Of a stretch of 59,530 nt of DNA, positions 1 through 13,174 are shown in pieces. The stretch is from positions 34,998,404 through 35,057,933 of the forward strand of contig NC_068995.1 in assembly GCF_001194135.2 (NCBI RefSeq). Direction: 5' to 3'. Position numbers and translations under genes: made by a program. The DNA comes from Octopus bimaculoides. Lineage: Eukaryota. Numbering within the stretch: the first letter of the stretch is position 1; every line of letters starts with the position of its first letter. The notes beneath the pieces were generated by a model. That model saw only the letters and a list, made by a program, of their open reading frames with translations. It was not told where the DNA came from and made no database searches.

Positions 1-33
1 ATATATATATATATATACACATATATATATTTA

Positions 34-92
<59 letters not shown>
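1..92. repeat. (AT)n/(GT)n microsatellite
   Basis: Direct reading of dinucleotide runs. Confidence 0.97.
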
Positions 93-94
<2 letters not shown>

Positions 95-827
95 AATTTG
101 AGAATGAAATAATGTCGTTGCTGTTGCTTCTTATGATTATGATGATCAGACAAACGGAGGTAGTAGTGGTGGTTTGGAGAATGAAAATCGGCAAACAGTT
201 ACAGTGGGAACTAAGGCTGTGCTTAGCAATACTTGAAAGTTCTACCTCTCCCAATAAAGCCGTAGACATATATGAATACGCCACCAATTAATACACACAG
301 CATAATTTCAGTTTCGTAGTTTTTTACGTAAGTCTTTCGTTTTAGATATTTAGTACTGTATTGAATTACATTTTATAATTAAAATCAATGTAATAAATTT
401 GTTTCGCTTTTATCGTACATAGTCCTGGCAAATGAAAAAAAATCCTCTAAAAAATTAACTGCAATTAATTCATTTCTCAGCATTTTTATTATGACTCTTA
501 ATAAAAGAAATCTCTTGACTTTAATGTATCCTACTTTAAGGATGCCAAATAAATATATTTTTCAAGAATGAATATAATAATACATTTTTCAAACAAAGAT
601 AGAACTAAGAAAAACAAATCAGAAAAGAATGATCTATGAAAGTATTTATAAATTAATTACATTGATAAAAGACACAAATATAGTAGAAGAGCCGTATTAG
701 TATTCTAAATAATGAAAATTATAGGTATTCAATAATGAAAGCATTAGTATTTTACTGTTCCACTTTCTGAAAATTTAAAAGCTATTTGTTCAATTTATTA
801 CGGTTGAAAATGCAAGTAAAAGTCAAG

Positions 828-828
<1 letters not shown>

Positions 829-874
<46 letters not shown>

Positions 875-886
875 TCTCTCTCTCTT

Positions 887-968
<82 letters not shown>
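829..968. repeat. Compound (AT)n-(CT)n-(AT)n microsatellite
   Basis: Direct reading; explains the ORFs at 782-1053. Confidence 0.97.
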
Positions 969-1559
969 CTTGAACTTGAAATATAAAAGAAATATATTTG
1001 TACAGAGAGAAAAATTGTTTTATATTCGAAGCACACGCATTGTAAAAAATCATTTTGTAAAAGTCACATTTATTAATTCTAAAATTGTAGCGTTCAGCAC
1101 GAAAACCAGAACATAATTTTGGAAATTAAAAAAAATATGAATGTTTTTTTTAATCTTAAAGGCGGAATCAAATAATATACACTTGAAAATATATGCGTCA
1201 CATCAACTGATGCGCAACTGAGAAATATGAAATGCAATATATTTATAAAAAAATGTATCCCTAGATAAACACATTGAGTATACTGTAATTATTTTGATTT
1301 CAAAGTGACGGTGCAACACTTATCAATGCTGTTGAATTTTTGCGGTTACAAGTAATTTGTTTTCATTGTTCTAAAAAATATTACATTACAAAACTTAACA
1401 TGCATAAGATTTGTTTGAAAATATCACTTATTTGATTTTCCAGAATTTATCTCAATAAAAAAAATATTCAAACAATTTATTCAATGTTGATTGTATACTT
1501 TATTGTTTCTATATATTCAGTCATTGATAAATTAGTTAAATTTCTGTTGCTTCAGAAAT

Positions 1560-2030
1560 TCTACTGACCGATGTTGCATGCCATATCGAATTACTTTTAA
1601 AGCCTTTCCCATCCGACCATTGGTTGGAGAAGCTTTGATATTTCTTTCGGATTTGATTTATTCCCTTCTGCTAATTTAAACCTGCGTTTCAATAAATCGC
1701 TGACAATGTCATTGTATGTTCCATCTGAAATTTACCATCAGTTGCCAACCAATTTTCAAATATATATCTCTCTTCAGGAATGAAGGATTTCATTTAAAAA
1801 AAGTTATAATTCCTTTTGAGCAACTATTTCTATGCTTCTTATTCTTTATTTCAGAAAGCCTGTGTTTCTTAAGCAATTATTTTCTGGAACTTGTTGCCAT
1901 GCCTTTGCTGTCATACAAATGTACCAGAAAGGGAAATCCGTTTTACAATTGGCATTAATCGAGTTTGGGTAGATCTTTTTACAAATTGTGTATTAATATC
2001 GCATGACACGCTCATTACATTGCTATAGAG
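1560..2030 (-). mobile_element. Possible Tigger/pogo-type transposase C-terminal remnant
   Basis: Minus strand gives MTAKAWQQVPENNCLRNTGFLK* and TYNDIVSDLLK, resembling the pogo/Tigger AWxxV..I.NC..K.GF and D.DIV segments. Heavily decayed. Confidence 0.35.
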
Positions 2031-2299
2031 TTTGAAGATTAAAAACCTGACGATTTTTGATGAAAAATTTGTGTAAAATTACAAAACCTCTTATTACTTT
2101 AATTCCAAAACTTAACTGATCAGTTGTTCAAAATAATTGTAGCCTTCCAATAGTTTACATTATAACTGTAATGAAGATGTAAATGTTTAGTTGAAATTCA
2201 GAGAAAAAAAACCATCAAAACAACAATACTTTTCCCAAACACTAGAAGGACTCGCAATAAAAAATTCTCCATAAGTGGTGCATATATCGTTTACTCTAC

Positions 2300-2480
2300 C
2301 CCTTGCCCTCTAACAGATGACGGTGGACGGCAGGCAGTACAACACAAACTGACATTGATGATCCACGATTATCGATCTTGAAAACGTACCTTGCCGTGGC
2401 CACGTTACTGGTGACTTCACCTCCTTCATCCAAAAAATCATAGCAGTGAATATGGAGGATGATGCAAGGCAGAGCTGCTG
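2300..2480 (+). mobile_element. Possible RTE-clade LINE 3' end remnant
   Basis: With frameshifts reads TDD-RWTA...KRTLPWPRYW*...WRMMQGRAA-WK, resembling the RTE C-terminal DxRWT...KR.RGRP..RW...W...AQDR..W pattern. Confidence 0.3.
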
Positions 2481-2559
2481 GAAGCAATTAAATACTTGTA
2501 AATAATGATGAGAGATAACCCGCTAACTAGAGCTATAGAAGAAGGGGATGAGGACAAGG

Positions 2560-3420
2560 ATCTGTATACGCTGAAATATGTCTTTCAGTTGATACCCTCT
2601 TTTTTGTTGTCTGTTCACGGCAACATTTTCCCACTCTGTTGTCAAGTTCTTTCTCGAACGTGTCTCAATATAATATGATGTCGTATGCTGTATCGGTAAT
2701 ACTCTAGGGCAAAAAAGCTCATCATCATCAGCAAAAATTGATTTCTAAATAAATTGCACCAGTTGATTGGTGTGGACCAGTAATTACTTCAGTTTCAGAA
2801 GGTAGTCATCAATACAATATCGGATGCAGAGACCGTCGAGGTTTTATTATGTCACTGTGAACATCATGCCAAAAACTTCAAGAGAGTACGCGCGTGTATG
2901 CACTCCTGCTTGACTTTCAGGATTTCTTCATTCACTCCCTCTTCACATAATCTGGTAATCTCTGTAAATGTTACATAGAAATCCATACTCTCTTTCCTAT
3001 TTTTCTATTAAATCTGTCAGAGAACAAATACATTGTCGGGCTCTGAGTACTCACTGTATCTCTGGAAAATATTCTACATGAAGTGCTCTTCTGTTCAGGA
3101 GTATAGTTGCGGATTTTCCAGCAGCGAATCTATCTCCATTATTAGTTAGTGTAATTGGACATTCCTTCTTCTTTCTATCCATGTCATTAGTGCATCTTGT
3201 TTCCAGCAGCATAAACACAATTCATAGTGTTTGGTATGCAAACCAGAACCTCCGTTCTTGTAAACTTCAAGTGGGATTTGGTTCAACACCTGCTGCTATT
3301 GCACTTTTCAGTTGCTTTATGTCGTTGCATACCATTACTATGTTTGAAATCTCATCCTAATGGCTGCAACGAATCACTGGAACATGCAGCTACTACTGAA
3401 GAGAATTTGGAAATGCTTCG
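2560..3420 (-). mobile_element. RTE-clade LINE reverse transcriptase remnant
   Basis: Minus strand gives VKQECIHARTL (2881-2914; cf. GVKQGCILAPTLF) and FADD (2724-2735). The two motifs are about 57 codons apart, the long spacing typical of RTE/BovB-type RTs. Many stops and frameshifts. Confidence 0.55.
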
Positions 3421-4344
3421 ACCACCGGTTTAGTATGCACTTCTCCGTGAAGAGTACTTAACCGTTAGCACTACACAAAAGAATCTAAGCTTGATGTAAA
3501 TAGATAGACATCAATTTAAAGTTGCATAAATCCATCAATACTATCCGGTATTTGAGCAAGATTCCCTTTCTCTACACATACTGACATCCTACATCGCATC
3601 TAGAAAAGGGTGAGTCGACCTATTGGTATAACGCCAAAACAGACACGCTGCAGTTTTAGCTAAGACTTGTGGTCTTTCCTTTCTCTAAATTTCACCCAAT
3701 AATATGAAGGCCTTTGTTCTGCTGAGTAGATTGGGTTCATTTGACTAAAACCCGGGCCTTCCAGGCCTAAAGAACTTACGTCATCTCCAAACCATTGATA
3801 TTTCTTACATACCACTCTGCACTATAATAATTACTATTGAACCATCCGTTGAATGTTGGCTATCTGGAACTCCCTCTTCGCTCATCCACTCCCTGTACGC
3901 TTGATTTGCATAGAGTCGAGAAGAACATTAACAATAGCAATTTTATTTGTATGGGACCCGCTAAAGACCAGAGGTATTCCGTTCCCCAGATACTGCAAGT
4001 AACATGGAAANNNNNNNNNNNNNNNNNNNNNNNNNNNNNNNNNNNNNNNNNNNNNNNNNNNNNNNNNNNNNNNNNNNNNNNNNNNNNNNNNNNNNNNNNN
4101 NNNNNNNNNNNNNNNNNNNNNNNNNNNNNNNNNNNNNNNNNNNNNNNNNNNNNNNNNNNNNNNNNNNNNNNNNNNNNNNNNNNNNNNNNNNNNNNNNNNN
4201 NNNNNNNNNNNNNNNNNNNNNNNNNNNNNNNNNNNNNNNNNNNNNNNNNNNNNNNNNNNNNNNNNNATATATGTATATACGTATGCATGTATGTACGTAT
4301 GTGTATATATGTATATATGTATATATGTATTTATGTACATTTGT

Positions 4345-4380
<36 letters not shown>

Positions 4381-7300
4381 CTATATCTTAATTGTTTTCT
4401 TTTCAATCATATTTTCCAGCAATTTTAGCGCAAGCACAGAAGTTGGCTTTCATCTCTGCCATTTCCTATTTCCGTCATATGTGATAAATAGAAGTTTGCT
4501 TTATTAGGGCTTGTGGCTGTATTGATGCTGTGTCTGTATAAATGTTATATTTGGGAGAGATATGAATTCTAGAGATAAGTGCAGCATTCTACAAACTACT
4601 CCTCAACGGATACCATCTAATGATCTATACCTTAAGTACTAGACATTCAAACACAATTATTTATTGAAATGTGTATTATTTCGTTATATTTAATTTCCTG
4701 TAAGTTCATTCCTTCTTAATAGATTACCAAATATAAATGAAAACGGACAGCCATAACAGAGAGGATTTCGGCATCAACTTCCATGAATTACGATTTCTAT
4801 CACAAGGTAAATATTCTATTCCTTCGCTGTATTCTTTTCTTTCTTCCGTTCCATTTAAACAAGAAACATTTTGGTTTGCATCATATACCTATCTTATATC
4901 CAAAGTTTACACATCGATAACAACTACGATCGACTCCCAAACAAACATTGACTTGAGCCCTATCGATGACAACATGAAGGATTATCACAATACCTTGCTC
5001 AATATTCTTCAATATTTCATTCTAAAGGTAAATATTTTTTCTGTTGCTCCTGCTGTATCACTATTGTTTTATATTTCTGCTATTTTCTATCTTTCAACAG
5101 TACGTTTTCTCCTCTCGTTCACGTTTTTAACATAAACATCATGTAAGATTACATATTTTCACTTTTGTTTTAAAATTCATCCAGTTTTTTATCATCTACT
5201 AATACTTACAGATCAAAAGGAAAAAAAATACAAATATGTGATATTCGTCGACACTATAGGAAAAATAATATTACTAAAGTATTAGAAGAGATTAAAACAA
5301 TCAACTATAACAAAATACATGATATTCTTCGTTTGTTGACATTTTCTTAACTCATTCGGATTTCTGTTTCCTTCTGTTCTGTATATATTGCATTGTACAA
5401 TTTATACCTCTCTTTTTTCTTTTCTCATATAACACAACTACAGTATCAAGATTTGACTAAAACCACAATCAACAACAAACATAATCCTACACATCAGCAT
5501 CTTCAGACAAAATATTTCCAGACTATTTCCATCATAAGGTAAATATTCTCCATTTCTTGACCGGTATCTTTACATTTTATGATTTTGTAACGTGGAATAT
5601 ACAATATGTCTTAAAAAGTTAGTAACTTGATATCTCAAAGGAGATAATAAGCTACTAACTTCGGGCAGAGTTCTTCTGTGAAAAAACATTGACTCTTTTG
5701 CTCACATCTTAATATTGATTGTCATAACTCTCTTTCCATTTCACATATCAATTCAGAATTATCTTCCACAATTGATTTTCTCTTATTTTTAAACAACGTA
5801 TAGTCGACCCTATACCAAACCACATCTAAAGAAATCACCATTATTAACAGAAAAGATCTTTACATTCCCAAAACTGAACTGAATAACATTTCAATCAGAA
5901 GAACAGCGCTATCCCTTATTTGACCATACTTCTTTTCGTTCACATGTTTGATGAAATCTACCATTTACACATTACTACCTACATTCTATATCTCTCCTTC
6001 TCTCATTTCTTTTACGTTTCAACAATGACCACAACAAACCAGACTACAGCCATAAACAACAACATCTGTTGTCCTATACATCATCATTACAAGACAAACG
6101 GTCATTCTTTGTTTATTTCTTCTTATCTCCGTGTATCCGGGTAACAAAAGTACTTTACAAAAAATAGAATTTGATGCTCACCTGTAAAGATTACATCAAG
6201 AGTGAATTCTTAAATGAACTCAAATAAATCACTTCTTACATTATCATTTCATAACTAGTAATAACATGTCGAAATTCTTCATAAAACATCTTCATTGACC
6301 TTCAGTAGCAATTTCATATCAGCACCATCTCCTTGCCAAAATAATACATTTAACTCAGTTATCTTTACTATCTCAAAGACATAATAAAATCGAAGCAGAA
6401 GAGCCTGATACACGAGTAACTAGGAACTTCACTAATACCCTCTCATACAACACAATGCTTTACTCATTCATTTGTATCGTCGACAAGGCCAGAAGGATAG
6501 GCACTTTCCAACAGAAAGTAAATATTTTTTACTTTTTACTCATTCATTAGTAGTTAATTCCTGCTCCTCAGTGGCCAAATTTTGACTTTCATAATTACAT
6601 TCATAATTCTTTCTTTCTTTCATGTATTGCAATTCAATCGCAAACAAGATTAACGTAATATAGCAGATAACGCAGGTAAACGTCTCAAGCGGTGTGCCAA
6701 CAAAACAGACAAAATCAAATATGACTCGTTCAAGGAGTTCCTCCTTTCCATAATCTTTAAACAATTCCAATTTAAGACATGAGCATCACAAATATCACAT
6801 CCGAAAACAATCATTCTTAGAAGCGGCATTACAGACAATCTCTCATAATAAGATACAAATCCTGCGTGCTTGGCTTATTCGGCTAATGTTACTCGCGAGC
6901 ATTTCTAGGCTTCATCTCTAACTCAGCTCTCAACCAAAGCAATAATGGTTCAGTCCTAAGCAACATTTGGGGGAAAAAACATTTGAAATTGGGTTCATTA
7001 GAAAAAAGGTCAAAATATCTAAGGTCAGAATATGCAAGGTAAAAAATGGGAGAGTAAGGTTAAAAATCGAATCTGAATCGGAATATCTCAGTTATTTTAA
7101 AAGAAAGTATAAATTAATTGGCTTTAAAACATTGTGCTCATTGAAACAATTTTATGGTGAAAATCTCATTAAAAACTATTAACTGCAAAAACAATTATTG
7201 TGGCTTTAAGAGACGAGAAAGTTAAAAATAGTAAGTAACCCCCAAATTTGATTTTGAATGAAAATTTTCCAGCTGTTTCAAAAGAAAACTATACAGTAGT

Positions 7301-9089
7301 TGTGTACAAATGAAAGAGTTATATGAGAAGCTTATGGTGAAAAGCTTGTTAGATATAAAAAAGTGGCGTGGCTTTAAAGTGACGAATAGAAAACAACTCA
7401 AAATATTTTTGTCATTTTAAGGGAAAAATATTATTTGTACTCAAATGAGAGTTCATCGAGACGAGTATTTTGGTGAAAGCCCGTCTAAAAATATGGGTAA
7501 AAATGTTAATTTTTTTAATGATTATATAATAAAACATATGCATATTCTAATAAAACAATTTCACTCTTTAAAAAAGCCTAATTATTAATTATTCAAATAG
7601 AATACAATATCATTTTATAATAAAAATTGTTTAAATATATATTAATTTATTTAATTTAATTTTAAAAAATTGAACATATTTTTATATAAGTTGTAGTAGC
7701 AATTTTCTCAGTTGTATTTTATTACTTAAATTTTAATTTATCATTTCATTATATTAGGTCGCGTTATTGATCTCATAGCAAACACAAACACCAATAAATC
7801 TGTCACTTCCTTATGCAATTGTTCCGAAAAACTGGATTTGAATCATCATAGTTTGCTTAAGTATTTTGTATTTTCTCTCAGTTTATTTGATTGTCATATT
7901 GCTCTTCTATCTATTAATATAGTCTACTAGTGTTATTCTTTAAAGAAAACAAGTTATTTTATATTTATTAATCTATCCATTACTATTCTACTATTACATT
8001 TCAATTTTTAAAAAAATAAAGATATCTTTTATTTATCAAATAATTTTATTTAAATTATAATTTATTCTACATTAATAATACTATGACTTTTCTCCATGAC
8101 GTCTTTACGTGTAATATTTCATTTTACGCGTTTTTCTTTGCACTTTATATAATTTTCAAATTGATACCATGGACTGTAAACGTAGCTCTAATATCATTTA
8201 TAATTACAGTTATATTTCTAATCACCACATAAAAGTCTATCACCTTAAAGGAAGCTTTATAAATTAACACCCAATAAGCACTCATTTTGATAATGAATAT
8301 TGCTTGCATGCCTTAATTTTAGTGCTTATTATTGAAGTGAAGAGGAGAGGTGAATCATAGTTAGTACGGGAGACCTCCACTAAAGTAAAAAAAAAAAAAT
8401 ACAGCAGAGCAACAATTCAATTCTGTAATAAATGTTGCCAACAGCATTCCACAACATTCACCATTCATGTACATATTTCTTATTTTTCAGGCGTTTCAAG
8501 TTTCATTAATACTTATGTATTCATTACCAATTTTCTGATGGCAAAGCAATTATGATCAATTTACATACCAATCAGATAATATTGCTTATGAACAAACAAC
8601 AAAACACAAAATGGAATACTCAGTGCCAATACATTCTTAAGTACTATATTCATTTTCTGAAATTGCGTTCGCCCATGGCCAGGCCATTATCACAATATGT
8701 TATTTAAGGGTTCTAAATTTCCATTACCACAGTATCATATATTGACTGTCGTACATACGTAATGATTTCTGAAATAAATTTAGGAAACAAAATCACACAT
8801 TTATACAAAAAAGAAAAAAAGAACATTCTGATGAAAGGATTTCAAATAATCTATAAAAAACAATACAGAAGGACGAATACCATACACTCAGTTCCATATG
8901 ATATACATTATTTACATACATATGCTTCTGGTTTTCCCACAGAGCGCCACCTCAATCCAATGTTGCGAATTGAATAAACATATCATATTTTCAAATAAAT
9001 GACAGCAAACGTACTAACTACATAACAACAGTACACATACAAATTATGTAATATACGATATAATATAATACAATATTATNNNNNNNNNN

Positions 9090-9122
<33 letters not shown>

Positions 9123-10239
9123 ATTTAATATGTATCCATTGTATAAAATTCGCGTGTAAGACATATGATACTAAATTTCACCTTGTTTTCGCAGGCATTC
9201 TCGATTTGCATAAGAAATGCACCCTTCTCTTAAATTCCCTTCCATTCTTTATATTTCTCTTCTATTGATAAAAATCTACTCGAAGATGAGTACTCATTGC
9301 TATTGCCAGCCATACACAAATCCTTCTTAACAAAGAAGACTGACAAATACTACAACCATAACGAACAAATCACCCTCTCATAGCAGGAATACTAGATTCA
9401 GGTATCCCTATAACATGTTTAAACTACACTTCCAACAAAATGTAACTCTTCTGCAATGTCTTTAACGATTTACCTCTAGAAACTAACAAATCTAATTACT
9501 ATTAACACACAATATTCTCTTCGAAAAACAGTAATACTTTCATAAACTTTCAAATTCCTTGTTCATTAAGATAAATATGGCTCCTTTCTTCATTTCTTCA
9601 ATTCCAATTCTTTCTTCATAATACCTTTCTTTGTACTAACATGCAGCCTCCTATTTGGCAGTATTCACTACATTTACGCTTATACAGCCTGTGGGAATAT
9701 ATATCAGCCAAAACAAAAGAGCAGCCAGTACAGGTACCTAATAACGATAACGAAGAAAGCATCTTCTTACAACAGAAGGGATCCTAAATTCGACTAGATC
9801 TATAATTATGAATGCAAAATATACACTAAAAATAGTGAGACAAAGTTTTCTCCAATATACTTTGTAATGTACCGATGCACAGCTAAAACATTCGCATTGA
9901 AATAGTTATAAATACCGAGACAATTGCTCACGCAGTTGAATATGATTCTACTCTTCTGAGATGATTTCCATTTACACCATTAACATCATTTTCACCGTTT
10001 CCTTTTCAAACATCATCATTCTTTCAGTTATAGCCATTACCGGTTTAATACTATGAGTATATACTCTTTCACAAACATGGAGAGATAAAAATTTTCAATG
10101 ATTATGATAATGGGGAAGAAACAAGATATTCACCGCGTGAGAGTTATGAAATTCATATGAAATGAATATCGATGACCAATACACTATACCGTCAATAATA
10201 TAGTAACATGAGTTTTACTCAATTACATTAAAAAGATTG

Positions 10240-10560
10240 ACACTCCGTCGGTAACTTATGACAACTTATGTCCCAGTTGATATGATCAACGGAACAGCCT
10301 GCTCATCAAATAAACGTAAAAATGACTGAGTACTCCACAGACATGCAAAACCTTAACGTAGTTCTCAGGAAGATTCAGCGTGACAAAGAATGAGAAAAGG
10401 TCGATCGTTTGAAATACAGGTAATACTCATTTCTGTCTGCTGCGTGGACTGGATTAATGTAAAATAATGTGACTTGTCCAAGGAAAAAACGCGCTACTGG
10501 ATTTCGAAATCTCAACCGTATGATCCTGAGCCAGATACACCTAACCGCTAAGCCACGTGT
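10240..10560 (-). mobile_element. tRNA-derived SINE, family A (CORE-like middle)
   Basis: Minus strand has an A-box-like TGGCTTAGCGGTTAG head, a degenerate B box and a CORE-like TTCCTTGGACAAGTCACATT segment. Its 3' half is shared with the copies at 15731-16008 and 27694-28007. Confidence 0.85.
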
Positions 10561-10986
10561 GTTACACAATATCTTCATTATTGCGCCCTCCCGTAATAAT
10601 AAGAACATTGTGTAACACACCACAAACAATTACAGTAACAATTCACATAAAAATACACGAATTAGTACAATACCAACAATATACTTCTACTATGCGCATG
10701 ATTTTCACTTCATATAGCAATGTCTCAGATGAAGATATGCTGGAGATTTGATTCGCTCCAAATGCAGTCAAGTCAAAATCAAGCGTCCATGCCAACGGTT
10801 TTATCAAAACATAACAGTCATTCCACCAGCCAATCACATCCAGCAACATCAGACGCTGAATGGTAGCACATCTGCAGGGATGAGATGATATGATCAGCAG
10901 TCGACTTCAGAGAGTCAAGGCAAGGAAAAAGACAGTATTGATATGGCATGGAACACCATGTATATATGAATTTTACATTACTTTTC

Positions 10987-11024
<38 letters not shown>

Positions 11025-11754
11025 NNNNNNNNNNNNNNNNNNNNNNNNNNNNNNNNNNNNNNNNNNNNNNNNNNNNNNNNNNNNNNNNNNNNNNNNNNNN
11101 NNNNNNNNNNNNNNNNNNNNNNNNNNNNNNNNNNNNNNNNNNNNNNNNNNNNNNNNNNNNNNNNNNNNNNNNNNNNNNNNNNNNNNNNNNNNNNNNNNNN
11201 NNNNNNNNNNNNNNNNNNNNNNNNNNNNNNNNNNNNNNNNNNNNNNNNNNNNNNNNNNNNNNNNNNNNNNNNNNNNNNNNNNNNNNNNNNNNNNNNNNNN
11301 NNNNNNNNNNNNNNNNNNNNNNNNNNNNNNNNNNNNNNNNNNNNNNNNNNNNNNNNNNNNNNNNNNNNNNNNNNNNNNNNNNNNNNNNNNNNNNNNNNNN
11401 NNNNNNNNNNNNNNNNNNNNNNNNNNNNNNNNNNNNNNNNNNNNNNNNNNNNNNNNNNNNNNNNNNNNNNNNNNNNNNNNNNNNNNNNNNNNNNNNNNNN
11501 NNNNNNNNNNNNNNNNNNNNNNNNNNNNNNNNNNNNNNNNNNNNNNNNNNNNNATATATAATGGAAAAGTAATGTAAAAATTCATTACGGAGGATATGTT
11601 ATAAATAATTAATAATTATTTATGAATATATCAATGGCTTTATAGCGATTTTGACTGGTATTTCTAAACATGTAAGGGTTTTGAAACTCTCTTAGTTATA
11701 ATTGTGACTTGTTCAATAATACAAACGTTCTTATATATATATGTATATATGCAA

Positions 11755-12360
11755 GCAATATATAAATGGGCTGATGAGAATAATATGCAGTTGAATGGCG
11801 CAGAATTACTTCGCTATTATCCAACAGATTATAGCTGAAGTGAACGGGACCAGCAGGCAATATAATCCAAGAGTTAGAGCTGGTGCGTGGCCTGGGAACG
11901 CACATGAGCAACGACGCAACTTTCCATGTGCACATTGCTCAAATAGTAACACTATGCAGACGGGTGGCAGGTTGGATACTTAGATCCTTCAGGACCAGGA
12001 ACAGAGACACAATGCTTTTGCTCTGGAGAACCTTTGTCCTCGGTTGTCTGGACTACTGCTCCCAACTGTGGTCCCCACAGAGTGTAAAACTAATTGCGGA
12101 ACTAGAAGAGATCCAATGCCACTTCACAAAGAAGATAGACGCAATAAAACACATGGGCTACTGGAAGAGATTGAAGGAACTGGGACTCTACTCCCTGGAG
12201 AGGACACGTGAGAGATATACAGTGCTATGCATTAGGAAAATAATAGAGGGTCTGGCTCCATATTTCGGAATTGAAATCTACAACAATCTCCGTACTGGAC
12301 GGCACTGCACAGTACCAAATATCCCATCTTCTCCATCGAGGATACGAATCCAATATTCTT
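11755..12360 (+). mobile_element. CR1-group LINE, RT C-terminal/thumb region (pseudogene fragment)
   Basis: IYKWADENNMQLN..ELLRY, then VRGLGTHMSND...GWILRSFRTR...LWRTFVLGCLDYCSQLWSP...LEEIQCHFTKKI...YWKRLKELGLYSLERTRERY...KIIEGLAP. This matches CR1/L2-group thumb motifs (DLG, YCSxxWSP, LYSLERRRxR). Confidence 0.9.
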
Positions 12361-12370
12361 TTCTATTCTA

Positions 12371-12430
12371 GACACAAGGCCCAAAAGTTTAGAGGAGGAG
12401 GTTAGTCGATTAGATCGACTCCAGTACGCA
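12371..12430 (-). mobile_element. SINE family B 3' fragment
   Basis: ACACAAGGCCCAAAAGTTTAGAGGAGGAGGTTAGTCGATTAGATCGACTCCAGTAC matches the 3' part of the family B copies at 21286 and 21721. Confidence 0.6.
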
Positions 12431-12766
12431 ATTATCTGCAATTCCAGATGAACCCATNNNNNNNNNNNNNNNNNNNNNNNNNNNNNNNNNNNNNNNNNNN
12501 NNNNNNNNNNNNNNNNNNNNNNNNNNNNNNNNNNNNNNNNNNNNNNNNNNNNNNNNNNNNNNNNNNNNNNNNNNNNNNNNNNNNNNNNNNNNNNNNNNNN
12601 NNNNNNNNNNNNNNNNNNNNNNNNNNNNNNNNNNNNNNNNNNNNNNNNNNNNNNNNNNNNNNNNNNNNNNNNNNNNNNNNNNNNNNNNNNNNNNNNNNNN
12701 NNNNNNNNNNNNNNNNNNNNNNNNNNNNNNNNNNNNNNNNNNNNNNNNNNNNNNNNNNNNNNNNNN

Positions 12767-12803
<37 letters not shown>

Positions 12804-12982
12804 TATACACATATATATATATATAAGTCAGTAACAGAACTCAAAATATAAGCGTATTCCTTAATAGTTTATAACTGAAACGCTCATAATTCCAGTGCAC
12901 TGAGTTACACGTTTCCAATCATGCAGCTGGTAATCAAAGCTTTTGAAGCACCTGCTGCTTGAATAAATATCATTTTCTATTC

Positions 12983-13174
12983 TAGGCACACGACCAAAAA
13001 TTTTCGAGGAGGGGGCCATTCGTTTATATCAACCACGGTACTCAACTGGTCCTTAATTTATCGACCCCGAAAAGTAAAGTCGATCGCGGCGAGATTCGAA
13101 CTCAACGTAAAGACAGACAAAATTCCGCAAAGCATTTAGGCCGGCGTGCTAACGTTTCTACCAGATCGCCGTCT
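12983..13174 (-). mobile_element. tRNA-derived SINE, family B
   Basis: Minus strand head GGCGATCTGGTAGAAACGTTAGCACGCCGG, B-box-like GAGTTCGAATC, and central TCGGGGTCGATAAATTAAGGACCAGT. Similar to other copies in the window. Confidence 0.85.

Noticed and set aside
782-1053. ORFs with ERER, SLSL and YIYI repeats (also 14468-14692, 18768-19174, 40796-41370, 54362-54736, 57368-57788)
   Set aside because: Translations of di- and tetranucleotide microsatellites.
6540-6838. Minus-strand ORFs with a hydrophobic segment; plus-strand VSSGVP
   Set aside because: Short, with no convincing splice context or domain; SGVP is not followed by the RT QGS motif.
9689-9734. Possible 46-nt exon LWEYISAKTKEQPVQ
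   Set aside because: Weak donor (GTACCT), equally plausible splice signals on the opposite strand, and no homology.
10720-10960. Ser/Gln/His-rich GC-richer stretch
   Set aside because: Stops in all plus frames within about 35-45 codons; no recognisable family.
11771-11777. CTGATGA hammerhead-like core (also at 58739)
   Set aside because: Lies inside LINE coding sequence (WADEN) or mariner coding sequence, with no helix II or GAAA partner.
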